DNA of 58,098 nt, counting the filler, from Sphacelaria rigidula (Eukaryota): the NCBI GenBank assembly GCA_964200075.2. It is 8 parts of 8 records of this genome, joined end to end, with 100 filler letters (N's around TTAATTAATTAA, not from the genome) between each part and the next. Parts side by side here need not be neighbours in the genome. Positions count along the whole stretch, not along the records: positions 21,827 to 29,001 come from CAXNAA020016130.1; positions 29,102 to 36,276 come from CAXNAA020016131.1; positions 36,377 to 43,550 come from CAXNAA020016132.1; 5 more parts are not named here. One strand, 5' to 3'. Under the pieces are notes generated by a model. That model did no database searches, was not told where the DNA came from, and saw only the letters and a program-made list of their open reading frames with translations. A program made the translations under genes and the position numbers. Positions 25,231-36,543 of this stretch are shown piece by piece (the stretch's first letter is position 1; every line of letters starts with the position of its first letter).

Positions 25231-25907
25231 CATAGCAGTAAGTAACAAAGCATAAACAAAAATAAAACAAAAAATGGCCGGCCTCTGCAACACGGCTTCA
25301 GGCGGGAAACGTCTAGCAGAAAGCACATGCACTCGTATCCGATCGAAAACAAGAAAAAGCCACGGGGACATATTTGCGGCTCATCTGTTTCCATCCGGGG
25401 CAACTGATGCTTCATCTAAAAGCTTTGCACGAAAAATGAAACATTGTGAGGAGCAGACACAGGACAACGGCACGTTTTCAGGGTGCTGGTCACGTCATCA
25501 GAAAGCTTCCCACGGAAAAAAATACAAGAAAAGGACAGCGAACTCACCAGGATGTGTTACCGCGCTTCGAGCGTTGAATCCCGGACAATGACATTCGATG
25601 GTTTTTCCGCACTTACTACACACTCTCAAGACACTATTAATACGAAGCTCTGCACAAGAGCTCGTCAGAGCAGAAAACACCTTCATCGATATGGAAGGAC
25701 CACGCCCATTTCCCGATGGAACGATCGCGTAGGGCACGACTTTGATAATCTGGTAGCACAGGTGCTTATCCTCCGTTGTCAAATCAAAACAAAACACCTC
25801 AACCGGTAAAACAGGGTCCGCATACTACACAAGCACCTACTTTCCCCAGATTATGCGGTCCGTTCAAGTCGAGACGACCGTAACGGGGTACGACAGGCAC
25901 CGCTTAC

Positions 25908-26085
25908 CTTTGAGCGTAGAGCTTGGGGTCGAGGATCTTGTCTTGTCTTCCCCACAACACCAACGTCTCTGTGCCGATGCTTGGAACCTTGGCGCTAACG
26001 CTGAACCCCCCGCTGTTCATATATTGCAGACTCGCGTCTGCCCATCCCTCGGACAGCACGTGCAACCTGCCGACGCGCACCGCGT
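25908..26085 (-). CDS. Alpha/beta hydrolase exon (acid residue region)
   Basis: DAVRVGRLHVLSEGWADASLQYMNSGGF...TLVLWGRQDKILDPKLYAQ; tcag| and AG|gtaagc. Confidence 0.9.
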
Positions 26086-26579
26086 CTGAGACGTACGTGG
26101 CGGAAGCGGGGGAGGGAGAACGGGGGTGCCCTTTAAAACGACGGATTGTTACCTTCTTCTAGTAGGTACATATACTTCGGCGTTGCAAATAAAGTGGGGT
26201 ACAAGCAACATCAGTTCGACGCAGCGACGTCGACGTTCGCTCATCGTGGCTCGCTATTCGCTACGGCCATGTAAACAGGATCATGATATTTTCGCCTTCC
26301 TCCACAAACTTAGTTTGGGCTCGGACAGGGTGTTTACTGTCCTCCCCCTCCACCTCGTTTTTTCTCTCTGCTTCGTCCCTTCGTCTCTGCATTGTTACCC
26401 ATGGATGCTTGACGTTGATAGGGGCTGTTCCCAACTCTATCGAAGTCTCCGCTACGGGACCACGGATGCACTTTCCCCCCCCGCCCACGCTCTTTCAGCC
26501 CGTCCACCAAACGTTTGGTCGGACTTCCCCGGAAACGGAGCCTGACTCTCCTTCATCACAAGCGCAAAAGATCACTCAC

Positions 26580-26637
26580 CTTCAGATGCCAGGGCTTTGT
26601 TAGTGTAGCTCATCTGGTTGGCCAGCGAGCGAAGAGG
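26580..26637 (-). CDS. Alpha/beta hydrolase exon
   Basis: PLRSLANQMSYTNKALASE; cgcag| and G|gtgagt; phases fit both neighbours. Confidence 0.85.
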
Positions 26638-27245
26638 CTGCGGACGGCACAGCACATGGCACGAACCGAAGGGGTAGTTGCAACATAATGAAGGCGCAGG
26701 CTTAGTAAAGAAAGTCCTGGTACACCTTCCCAACGTGAAATGAACGTAGCGATGATTGCAGACCACGATCGAGGACTCGTGGGGAGGGTCCAACGGTGCC
26801 CCCCTAAACACGCTGTAACGCATGGTTACCCCTGGGGAAGGGCCGAGGCCCAAGACCAGGCGCGGCATCCTATACTTATACTTCCGAGATTCACCAAGAG
26901 GGTCGGAATATCTCCTGTGTACCCCCCAAGACTTGTAACCCGGTCGGGATACCCTCACCCCAATGCCCGAATTAATGCCGAGCTTGCAAACCATAGTTCA
27001 TCATCGTGATTCATCATTGTGATTCATCATCGTGATTCATCATCGTGATTGAGGGATTCTCAAGTCACCACCCAAAACACCCATTCCACACGTGGTCAAA
27101 CTTATCATGATGCAAGGTCTGCCGAGGACAAGAATTCCCAGTTACGACACACACTCAAGAAAATCTCGCTTCAATATCGCAAAACGGACCACCAGCTAGA
27201 CCAGGCAAGACTCGCCATCATGGCCACGGGACAACAGCTACTCAC

Positions 27246-27481
27246 CTTGCTGCCGAGAACGTTAATCCCAAGCCTTGCCAACGGACCCGGGAGCGACGCC
27301 CCCGGACCTGATCCATCGATAAAACCCTGGGCGTCTATCAGAACCAGCCGTCGAACTGCCTCTGGGTACTCGTGGGCGAAGTCGAGCGCGATAGCTCCGC
27401 CCAGCGAGGCTCCCACCAGTGTCATTGGACGTCCCCCCACGACTTGTTTCCAAAATTCTAGCAGGTGCGCGCGCTTTGCGT
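27246..27481 (-). CDS. Alpha/beta-fold hydrolase, nucleophile exon; upstream exons not located
   Basis: KRAHLLEFWKQVVGGRPMTLVGASLGGAIALDFAHEYPEAVRRLVLIDAQGF contains GxSxG; gcag| acceptor, |gtgagt donor. Confidence 0.92.
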
Positions 27482-27886
27482 CTGCAGCGGGGTGGGAAGG
27501 TAGAGACGAGTCCACGGTAAGTATTTTTCAACGTGGTCCATCTCTGGTTCAGTTTGAAAATTGTTTTTGATGTTTTGGCGGTTGTTGTCGCGCTACCGTG
27601 TGAAGTCGCAAGGCGTGTACATTTTCGTATTTGATGTGTGTGACGCCATTCTTCCGAGTTGACCATGGCAAATACGCTGTCCATCACGCAGAGATAACCG
27701 ATGTCACTAGTGGAATAGAGAGTGGAAACGGGTGGGACAACCAGTGGAACGGTTCGTCTCGGGGTGAGGTACCCCACATGACAGCGACGGTTGCTCAACA
27801 CCGAAAGTTCCAATGGGACACAGCTACGAATATGATATAACCATGACCTGGATGAAGGCAAGGCAATCCCTGAGCCACTACTTAAT

Positions 27887-27889
<3 letters not shown>

Positions 27890-27947
<58 letters not shown>
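27890..27947. repeat. (CA)n microsatellite
   Basis: Direct inspection. Confidence 0.95.
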
Positions 27948-27950
<3 letters not shown>

Positions 27951-29195
27951 ATACGATGCTAGCATCAACAGCAGACGTTCCTCCGGTCCCATCGATGTCT
28001 CTTGACTACCTGCCAAACACAGGTGAGGCCATTTCTACGTTCATCCGATTCCTTCAAGACCGTACTTCTCGCTCGTGGATTCCGCGAAACTTGTGAACAC
28101 ATCTGCATCACACAAAGACACTCTCTTCAACTCCTTCGATTCCCACGGAAGAGACCCTATTCGCTGGTGGTTTTGATGTCGGTTTCTCATGTTTTCCACC
28201 TACACTTTCAACCCCCCCTTCTAACGAGTCCACAGTCTCAGGGGATGAAGCCATTTTCAAGCCACCACCTGCCTGACGCCTTGCAACCGAGCATTAGATC
28301 ACCACTCCTGCGGCTCGCCGACGCTCGTCCACTTTTTGTCAACCATGTTCTCATGTTTTCCACGACAGAGATCAATGAGCCGCATTGTTTCCTTTGACTC
28401 TCACCAGACCCCAGGTGACTGGTGGCTTGGGCGGAAATGTTGTTGAACTAAAATAGTGGTAGTCATAAGTAGTCATGACACGTTACGCAGTGGCTAATCT
28501 AACTACAGGATTCGTGGGTATACTTCAAACTGGTGCATCAAGTCACTCTATTAAACTTTCGGTTATATATGCATGGAACAGAGTTACGCCCGTTGTCGTC
28601 GGTTAGAAAATGTACTTTGAATGTCACATGCGATCACCAACACCTCCCACACGGAAACCTGGTGCTTACTCCGTCCCATAATCCGCGGCCCTTTGGTTGT
28701 TTTTTCTTCTTCTTATACGGCCTCTTTTATTCTTGTACGGCCTCCTTATCTGAAACCATGCATACGATAGAGGCCGCACTGTGCATTAACCGGTCGATTT
28801 TGCTCCTTCCCCCCTTTCTTTTTTCTTCTTTCCTCGCTCGTTTTCTTGCCAGCAAGTCACTCGATTCGTCTTATTTCCTCTAAACGCCCCCCCTGCTTGT
28901 ATGCTCCGTCTCGAAAGGGATGCGTGGTCAATGGTCAAATGACTAAGGCAAGCAACAAATGAGTACGCCCCCCCCCCTCCCCCGGGCTGGCGGCACTGCA
29001 GNNNNNNNNNNNNNNNNNNNNNNNNNNNNNNNNNNNNNNNNNNNNTTAATTAATTAANNNNNNNNNNNNNNNNNNNNNNNNNNNNNNNNNNNNNNNNNNN
29101 NTTTTCCAGCCATCCACGAAAAAAGTATAGAGGCGGGGGACTACGGCTCTGAGGGGCCCCCCCCCCCCCCCCCCCCCCGCTGCCCAAACCATTAC

Positions 29196-29432
29196 CGGCG
29201 TAGATCCACACCTGCTTGAGCTGTGGTGGTACCTCCTCCGAGCCCTCGTTAAGTCGGAGCAAAAACGCCCACGAGAGCGCCATGCGGGCATTGCCGTGAA
29301 TCGGCTTGGTCACGTAGTACGGCACGAACCCGGCCACCTCCCTGCACCTCTTTTCTACAGCGGAGAACGAGCTCGGAATTTGTTCCATCAATACCGAGTC
29401 CTCCTGCTTGGCACCGAACAACATTCTGATGA
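29196..29432 (-). CDS. AhpD-like protein, further exon (start of probable second domain); boundaries tentative
   Basis: IRMLFGAKQEDSVLMEQIPSSFSAVEKRCREVAGFVPYYV...EVPPQLKQ; phase-compatible gacag| acceptor; same contig and strand. Confidence 0.6.
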
Positions 29433-30330
29433 CTGTCCTCACGTGCGAGATAGTGTGTTGATATATGATAGCCGTTCCGTGCAGTTCACAAGAGGTGGAC
29501 AGGGGGTGAGGGAGGGAGGGGCGGGGGGGGAGTGTTCAGTGCACAATATTTTGGCATTTCTACTGTACACGAAGGACACGCCACGTTCTCCCGCAAGTGT
29601 GACTTCATCAACCCCCCCCAGACGAGATCGTAATTTGAACCCTGGTTCATGTCACGCCTTACATGATCATTCCAAGTCTCGCTTACCTACATAAGCCTTA
29701 CCCTAAAAGGGGGTAGGCATGGTAATGAATAGCCGTAACATGAACAATTTACGAGCATTTCCTCGCGGAATGCTCAAGCGTCGAACATTTTCAGACCTCC
29801 GGGGGGCTGGCAACACACCTACATCCATCATGGAAAGGGGAGGCACGACGTTTAATACAGTGGAAAGGGTATGATATGCGGGCTGCACTAGCTTGCGGAC
29901 CTTGCACTATATTGCGTTATGGTGCACTGACTATACTGTGCCGTACCGCGGGGCCTCCACAGGCCATGCACGCACGGGCCGGTCGTAACTAATGATTGTT
30001 GTAAATCACACTGCTTGCGCGATACCAACACGCCTGTCTCACCTTCTAATCTTCCCTAGACCCCATGTATTCTCAACATGAGACCTACTGCATAAGTCAA
30101 CTATGTGCCGCAGGTCGCTCGCCTGGGAAGGACTATACAGCAGGTGAAAATCATTATGTAAATTGACCAGCGGATACAATGATGCTCGGAAATTGACTGT
30201 TCAGAGAAAGGTTGAGCACGATCGTCTTACCCATAACTGTTATCCTCGTCGTCGTCGTTGTCGCCGTCCTTCTTACACTACCATGAGTAAAAGATTTTTC
30301 AACCTCGCCGGGTGACAAATTTATTAAAGC

Positions 30331-31649
30331 AATAGACAAAAAAAGGGTGCACCCTGGTGCTTTTGGGACAAAAAAGGGTCACGCATTTTCCGCTTCGGGG
30401 CGGGGCGCTGCACGCGGGCTGAACACCTCGAAAACACGTTCCAGCGCCTCACCCCCACGCCCAAGGTGTCTGGGCAGTATGCCCGACTATTTGGTTTCAT
30501 CTTCACAAGTGTTAGTATTATAGGCTGAACTACGGCGCCGGAAACGAGAGCCTGTGAGAGTACCCTTTTTTGTAAGCAAACCAGGAGGGTACGCCCTGCC
30601 CTATGCTAAAAATGTATCTCTTTCCCTTTTTTGTTCACCTACTGACTCTTTTTTGTGAAATGGTGACCGTACCGCCGGCTCAGCAGAAGATACGCCGAGC
30701 AGTCACAACCATACAGCCATTTTCGGTTAAATTACACCCCACCAAAAAAGGCCGAAACCCCACGACCAAGTGAGTGTAGCCCCCTGCTAGTTGGCCCCAG
30801 CACCCGAAAGATCCAACGATGCTTACAGGGCGTTTGTGTCCCGGAGCTCACAAAAGTCCAACGAATATGTGTGAAAACCTTCCCGACACACACGCCCCGA
30901 ACGACGTCACGTGCTGACAACAGCAGACCGTTGCGGTATTTGCAATTTGCGGCTCGGAAACAAAGATGGGCACCGACCGGATCCCAGATTGGAGGGAAAA
31001 CCCTGAATCCGACGACGCAGACCGTACAATCGAATGTCCTCCTCCGATCCTCGCTGTTGCACCCATATTCATTTTAGACCAGCACTATACCCAAAGCTGG
31101 AGACTGGCGTCCACAATCGACGAACCACAGCCCAAGCAACACGTACAGAAATTTTTCAGATGATCAAGAACAGTGTCAGCGCCTGCCATAAGTGACGCTG
31201 TGCCGCAAGGTGGCGCCGGCGCCAGCGCGGGCTCAGCATCTCTTCAACATGAATATGGGTGCAACAGCGAGGATCGAAGGAGGACATCCGAGCGTACCGT
31301 CTACGTCGTCGGCTTCAGGTCAGGCAAGGAAGCATTAATAGGTGAACAAAAAAGGGGGAAGAGATGAGTTTTTAGCATAGGGCAGGGCGTACCCTCCTGG
31401 TTTGCTTACAAAAAAGGGTACTCTCACAGGCTCTCGTTTCCGGCGCCGTAGTTCAGCCTATAATACTAACACTTGTAAAGATGAAACCAAATAGTCGGGC
31501 ATACTGCCCAGACACCTTGGGCGTGGGGGTGAGGCGCTGGAACGTGTTTTCGAGGTGTTCAGCCCGCGTGCAGCGCCCCGCCCCGAAGCGGAAAATGCGT
31601 GACCCTTTTTTGTCCCAAAAGCACCAGGGTGTACCCTTTTTTGTCTATT
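30331..31649. mobile_element. Foldback/long-TIR non-autonomous transposon in AhpD-like intron
   Basis: ~310-bp near-identical inverted arms (30331-30640 and 31338-31649); the ORF track shows the same peptide on opposite strands. Confidence 0.9.
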
Positions 31650-31899
31650 CCCAATTGATGATGGTTAAAAGCTCCATGCCGAGCTATAAAATGACTATAA
31701 GCTCCACTTTTCTCGATTTTTACCCGGGACTGTATCCTATAGGTCCAGCACACGAGAGAGCCGTGAGTATGTGCTGTAGTATGTAGCACAATCAGGAAAA
31801 CATGACAGCCTAGAAATTTTCTGTAATCACTCATGTGTCAAACTTGTGCCGATGAAAGATGAACCACACTGTTGTGCTGAGTTGGATCCTGTTATAACG

Positions 31900-32470
31900 A
31901 AGACCACGAAACTGGCTTCCTGAGAAGAGCGGTGATTCTTTTCGCACTGTGTGCAGTAACCCTCACCCAAACCCTCACCCCAACGAAGGCATACTGAGAA
32001 CTCTCGGGCAAGGCAGGCGCAAAGTGTTTCCTAGGCAAAGTGCGCGTTGCAAGACCCCAAATCTGCGACTGCGGCGCCGATTCAGACAAAAACGCGTTCT
32101 GCGCACATTGGGAGCACAGCCCCCATTAAAGTTCCGATTCAGCTACACTAATACGAAGTCGGGACAACTTCACCCTACCAAGTGGTGAACACATTAGATG
32201 CGAAGGCATACAGAGAACTCTCGGGCCAGCCGGGCGCCAAGTGTTTTCTAGGCAAAGTGTGCGTCGCCAGACCTCCAAAACGACGACTGCGGCGCAGATT
32301 CAGACAAAAACGCGCTCTGCGCACGCTAACCATTATTAAAGTTCCGGATTTCAGTGTCTACACTAAAACCAGCTCGGGAAAACTTCACCCAACCAAGTTT
32401 TGAACTCTACCCCGACGAACAACCTCAAAACTGGCTTTCCGGGAAGAACGGTGATTCTTTCCGCACTGCA
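31900..32470. repeat. Tandemly duplicated ~205-bp unit bounded by a direct repeat
   Basis: 31985-32180 resembles 32200-32395; AAACTGGCTT...CGGTGATTCTTT.CGCACTG at ~31908 and ~32428. Confidence 0.75.
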
Positions 32471-32792
32471 TGCAGCCGGAGACAGGCCTGGAAATCTCGA
32501 CCGGCGTGACTGAATTACATGACTGAACCAAGGTACACCTCGAGAAACCAACCCGAGCAAACCCGCACAGACATCCAAAGAACAAGTGCAGCACGCCTGG
32601 CGCTAGCTCTTGCTAGTCTATTCACAGTGCTCTTTGTTTCACGGCAATCCGTGTGGTGTTGGGTGAGGGCCAGCCGTGTTCGTGCAACAGAGTTTGCTCA
32701 AGATGGCGTCATGGACCGTTTTACATGGGCGCATGTTTTGTTTCGGAGCTGGTGGGTAAACAATAAACGCAGGAATTACTTTCAGTATACAG

Positions 32793-33079
32793 CGTAACAG
32801 ATCCACAAGAGAGTATGGAGCTCAACATTCCACAGCCCTGGTCCACAGTGCAGTTCGATAGATGAGGGCGGTGAGCGCACGTCATACTACGTTCTAGCAG
32901 CGAACGTACGTCGGACCCCTCGTTGCCCGATGGGTGTCCCGGTCTGGTTGGGTGGCGATGGTTCGTGATGCTGACAAAGAACCCTGGATTGCTGTCCATA
33001 GATGTAGTGAGTCGTAGCGGTAGACTCCAGAATACGGGGTTTGAGATTTGTTGGGTACACAAACAACTTGACGGTTACA
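32793..33079. mobile_element. Possible solo LTR
   Basis: ~290 bp bounded by (C)GTAAC...GTTACA inverted termini; TSD only partly conserved. Confidence 0.4.
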
Positions 33080-33736
33080 CACTGTTCATTTCTTGACCCG
33101 CTTGTGCGGGGTGATCGAGAAGAATGTCAGCTTTCTCCTCCATGGTCAGAGCGTATTGTAAAAGTGTTCCTCGAATGATCATTTTTTACTTGGATTAAGC
33201 GTGAATTTTCCGGACACGTTTGTACTGATGTACGTATGGAGCGAAGAGACATGTACGCTATTGATAAATAGGATAAGAAATAAAATAGTAGGATATTAAT
33301 AGTATAATCAGAATGATATATCACAAAAGGTTTGACGGGTTTACAAATGAAGCGCAATGGCTGAAGTCTATGATATGTACAACCAAATACCTTGGTTGAA
33401 GTTGACGACGCGTGAAACAATTGTTCGCCAATCGTCTTCGACTTGTCTATATAGGACAAAACGGTGCGGGTGAGAATGAGCTTGAGGCTTCGGAGAACCG
33501 GGTAGCTACAAAGGGTTTTCGTAGTTTTGTGCCAGCATGGTTGTGATTACATTCTTCATCGAGTCTGCTGACTTCATCGTGTCTCAAGTTTTTGTAGGTA
33601 TGGTATGAAACGTCATGCTAAAATTACGTTCCAACACTGCAGACCCATTCACGCATCTGTGCGGGGGGGACCGCGAACGCATGGCAGATAGCACACGTGT
33701 ACCTCCAAGGGAGGTACTGCAATTGCTGAAGCTCAC

Positions 33737-33918
33737 ATGAAAAAAAACCTTCGTTTCGTTTCCTCCTCTCCCTCTTTTCGGCCTCGACCTTGTCATCCTC
33801 CATTAGCTCCACGTCCGCCTCGGGGTCATAAACATTCTCGGCTTTCCACCCGCTCTCGACCAGGTGCTCTTTTCCCATTTTGATCTGCTCCATCTCCAGA
33901 GTCATACCAATCGTGTCC
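33737..33918 (-). CDS. AhpD-like protein, next exon
   Basis: Splice restores FLNRF-M-DTIGMTLEMEQIKMGKEHLVESGWKAENVY; tcag| acceptor; donor T|gtgagc is the best candidate. Confidence 0.75.
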
Positions 33919-34999
33919 CTGATTATCGACAATAATTTGTGTGCTGAAAAAAATGGATAGATGAAGAGGTGAACAACTGAATTGGCGATGATGACACTTG
34001 CAGTAGCAATGGCAGTACTCGTAGAAATGGCAAAAACGATGAAATGGTGTACAACAATAACGGCGATACTACATTATTACTGTAGTGCTACTGCTGCTGC
34101 CTGCTCCCGCTGCTGTTGCAGCACCTTCTGCTCCCAAATCTGCCGAAATAAAACTTGGCGACAGTAAAAATATACTACAAAGGTTTGGCGAAAAAGGCTT
34201 CTGAGTTTCTCATGCAATACTACGATATACTTCCAATTTTTTAGTAGCTGTTCGACTTGCGCTTGAGCCCCACGGACAGCGTTGACCGGAAAGTAATAGG
34301 AGTGAAATAGTTTACTATTATATTGCAACAAGCCTGTAAAACCTGACGGACATACCAAGTTTTTCAATCTGAACATGATATTTTGTCATCCCGAATACAT
34401 GAAAATCTCAATTCTCGAACTGCAAGAGGCGATGGGGGCGAATTCGTGCGGCAAAGAGTAGATCCCGATTTACTTTGTATGATACACACTTCCGAACGAT
34501 GAAAAATGTGAGTACAAATGCCGAAGGCTAAGCACAAGCTGCTTCAAGACCGAAGATTGAGTTTCCTACTGCCTTTGGTTCTTTCTCAGCGAATGCATAT
34601 TATAATCCCGGCCCAATTATGAATCGCAAGTTATGCCTTTATACTCGAGATGAATAAATATTGGTACACTCCAGGAGGTATGAGTGACTAGAGTAGCTTG
34701 GACGGCTCGGGGTATCCTTCAAACTGCAGTGGTAGCGCGCTACACCGTACCAAAAATGTTTATAATACCGCCACCAGACAGAGTTTATCCTCAACACAGA
34801 GTGTCGGTCTACTGCATGTATCCGTGACCGCACGAGTAAACGACGGTTGAAGATGCTGCCTGCGCTGGGAAGAGGGCCTTTGTACAGTTTGGATGGCGAA
34901 ACTCGGTGGGTCCCCTAACCCACTGTAGCAAAACGTGGAAGGTGACTATGATGAGACAAACAAACAACACCGCTACTACCACTACTACCACTACTATCA

Positions 35000-35426
35000 A
35001 GCAGCCTGGATCCGTTTTTGAGGTTAAACATTTGGGTGAGGTTCAAGTCGGAAACGGTGGTTTCCCTGACCTAAAGTCATGATCAATGAAAAATATCATA
35101 TGGACGACCTCATGCCCCCCGACCTCCTTGAAACTTTTTTCGGGGGTTAGACGTCTTCCGTATCCCTAAAGCGTATATGCGAAAGCACCAATTTCGGGCT
35201 GAAAACGTCCTCCTTTTTCGCCCCGATATCGAGGCAAAAAGGTGCTTTCGCACATACGCTTTGGGGGCACGGAAGACAGGCAACCCCCGATAATAGTTTC
35301 GAGGAGGTCGGGGGGCATGAGGCCGTCCATATGAAATTCATTGATCATGACTGTAGGTCAGGGAAAGCACTGTTTTCAAGTTGAACCTCACCCAAATGTT
35401 GAACCTCAAAACGGATCCAGGTTGCC
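35000..35426. mobile_element. Foldback MITE inserted in a trinucleotide microsatellite
   Basis: ~148-bp inverted arms (35000-35148 / 35282-35426), 4-bp TSD ATCA, CTA/CCA repeat continues on both sides. Confidence 0.85.
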
Positions 35427-35590
35427 ATCACTACTACTGCCACCACTACCACAACCACTACCACCACCAACAACAACAGCAGCAGCAGCAGCAGCAGCAG
35501 CAGAGCAACAATGGCATCATGATTCTCTTCCTCGAAACACACACACGCGCGGTTGAGGAAAAAATGGGAGAGTGCGTAGTGGGGACTCAC

Positions 35591-35878
35591 ATGAACCTGT
35601 TGAGAAAGCCGAACAGAGCCAGGATGTTGATCACGCTTTCCTGCTCCCTTGCGGACAGCACAGCAGCCATGTCTGCAATATCATTGACGTTGAGTTTGCA
35701 CGGCACCTTGCCCGCCTTTTTGCAAATGCGGATGACCGCTAGCTCTTTTGCCGAGAACACACCAGGCGACGGTTCATCAGCCATGGCTTGTTTGTTTTTA
35801 TGGAGAAACACGCTGTCCCCCTTCCAGATAGTGCCCAGTGCGGCGCAGTGCGCCGAGCAATAGCTGCAACCGTATGCC
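35591..35878 (-). CDS. AhpD/carboxymuconolactone-decarboxylase-like protein, CxxCxxH exon; 5' exons not located
   Basis: AYGCSYCSAHC...FSAKELAVIRICKKAGKVP...VINILALFGFLNRF, typical of the AhpD-like fold; acag| and AT|gtgagt. Confidence 0.8.
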
Positions 35879-36543
35879 CTGTACATAGATAGGGGGAAAT
35901 CGATTGGGGCAGGCGATCGGCTCTGGAACTGGTATGGTACAGAACAACGAGATTCGAAATTAATATTATAATGCAAAGTAAAATATTCCGTACATAATAC
36001 GAATTATGATGCGTTCTTTTTGTTCCGTCCGACTCGTGGTTGGGAAGGAGAACATGCGTTCAATTCATGGTTGTGCGAATCAAGGGTAAGTGCGGAAAAT
36101 TCATGTCAAAGCCATGCTGTACGGATCACGAGTGGACATCATGAGCGCATCACCTCTCTTGTCCGAATCATTTGTACGAAAAATGTTGGAAAGAGTTGCG
36201 CCAAGCAAATATATGGGGAGGGGTGTACTCATGATCATGCATGCCATAGTCATCAGACCATTGTCCTCGCATCCCTNNNNNNNNNNNNNNNNNNNNNNNN
36301 NNNNNNNNNNNNNNNNNNNNTTAATTAATTAANNNNNNNNNNNNNNNNNNNNNNNNNNNNNNNNNNNNNNNNNNNNGCCTACTATGCGAGGTAAGCGTTT
36401 TATCCGTTAATGTACGCACAACCGACCGCTGACAGCTTGCCTCAACCCTATTCTCAATCGTACCGAAGATTCTCAATCTCACGAAAACATTGTTGGTACT
36501 GATCAGCCACGGTATAGAGGTGTCCGTTTTCACGGGTTATGAC

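Noticed and set aside
23712..35878. A redox gene cluster (zinc-finger hydrolase next to AhpD-like gene)
   Set aside because: The two genes are on different contigs separated by an artificial linker
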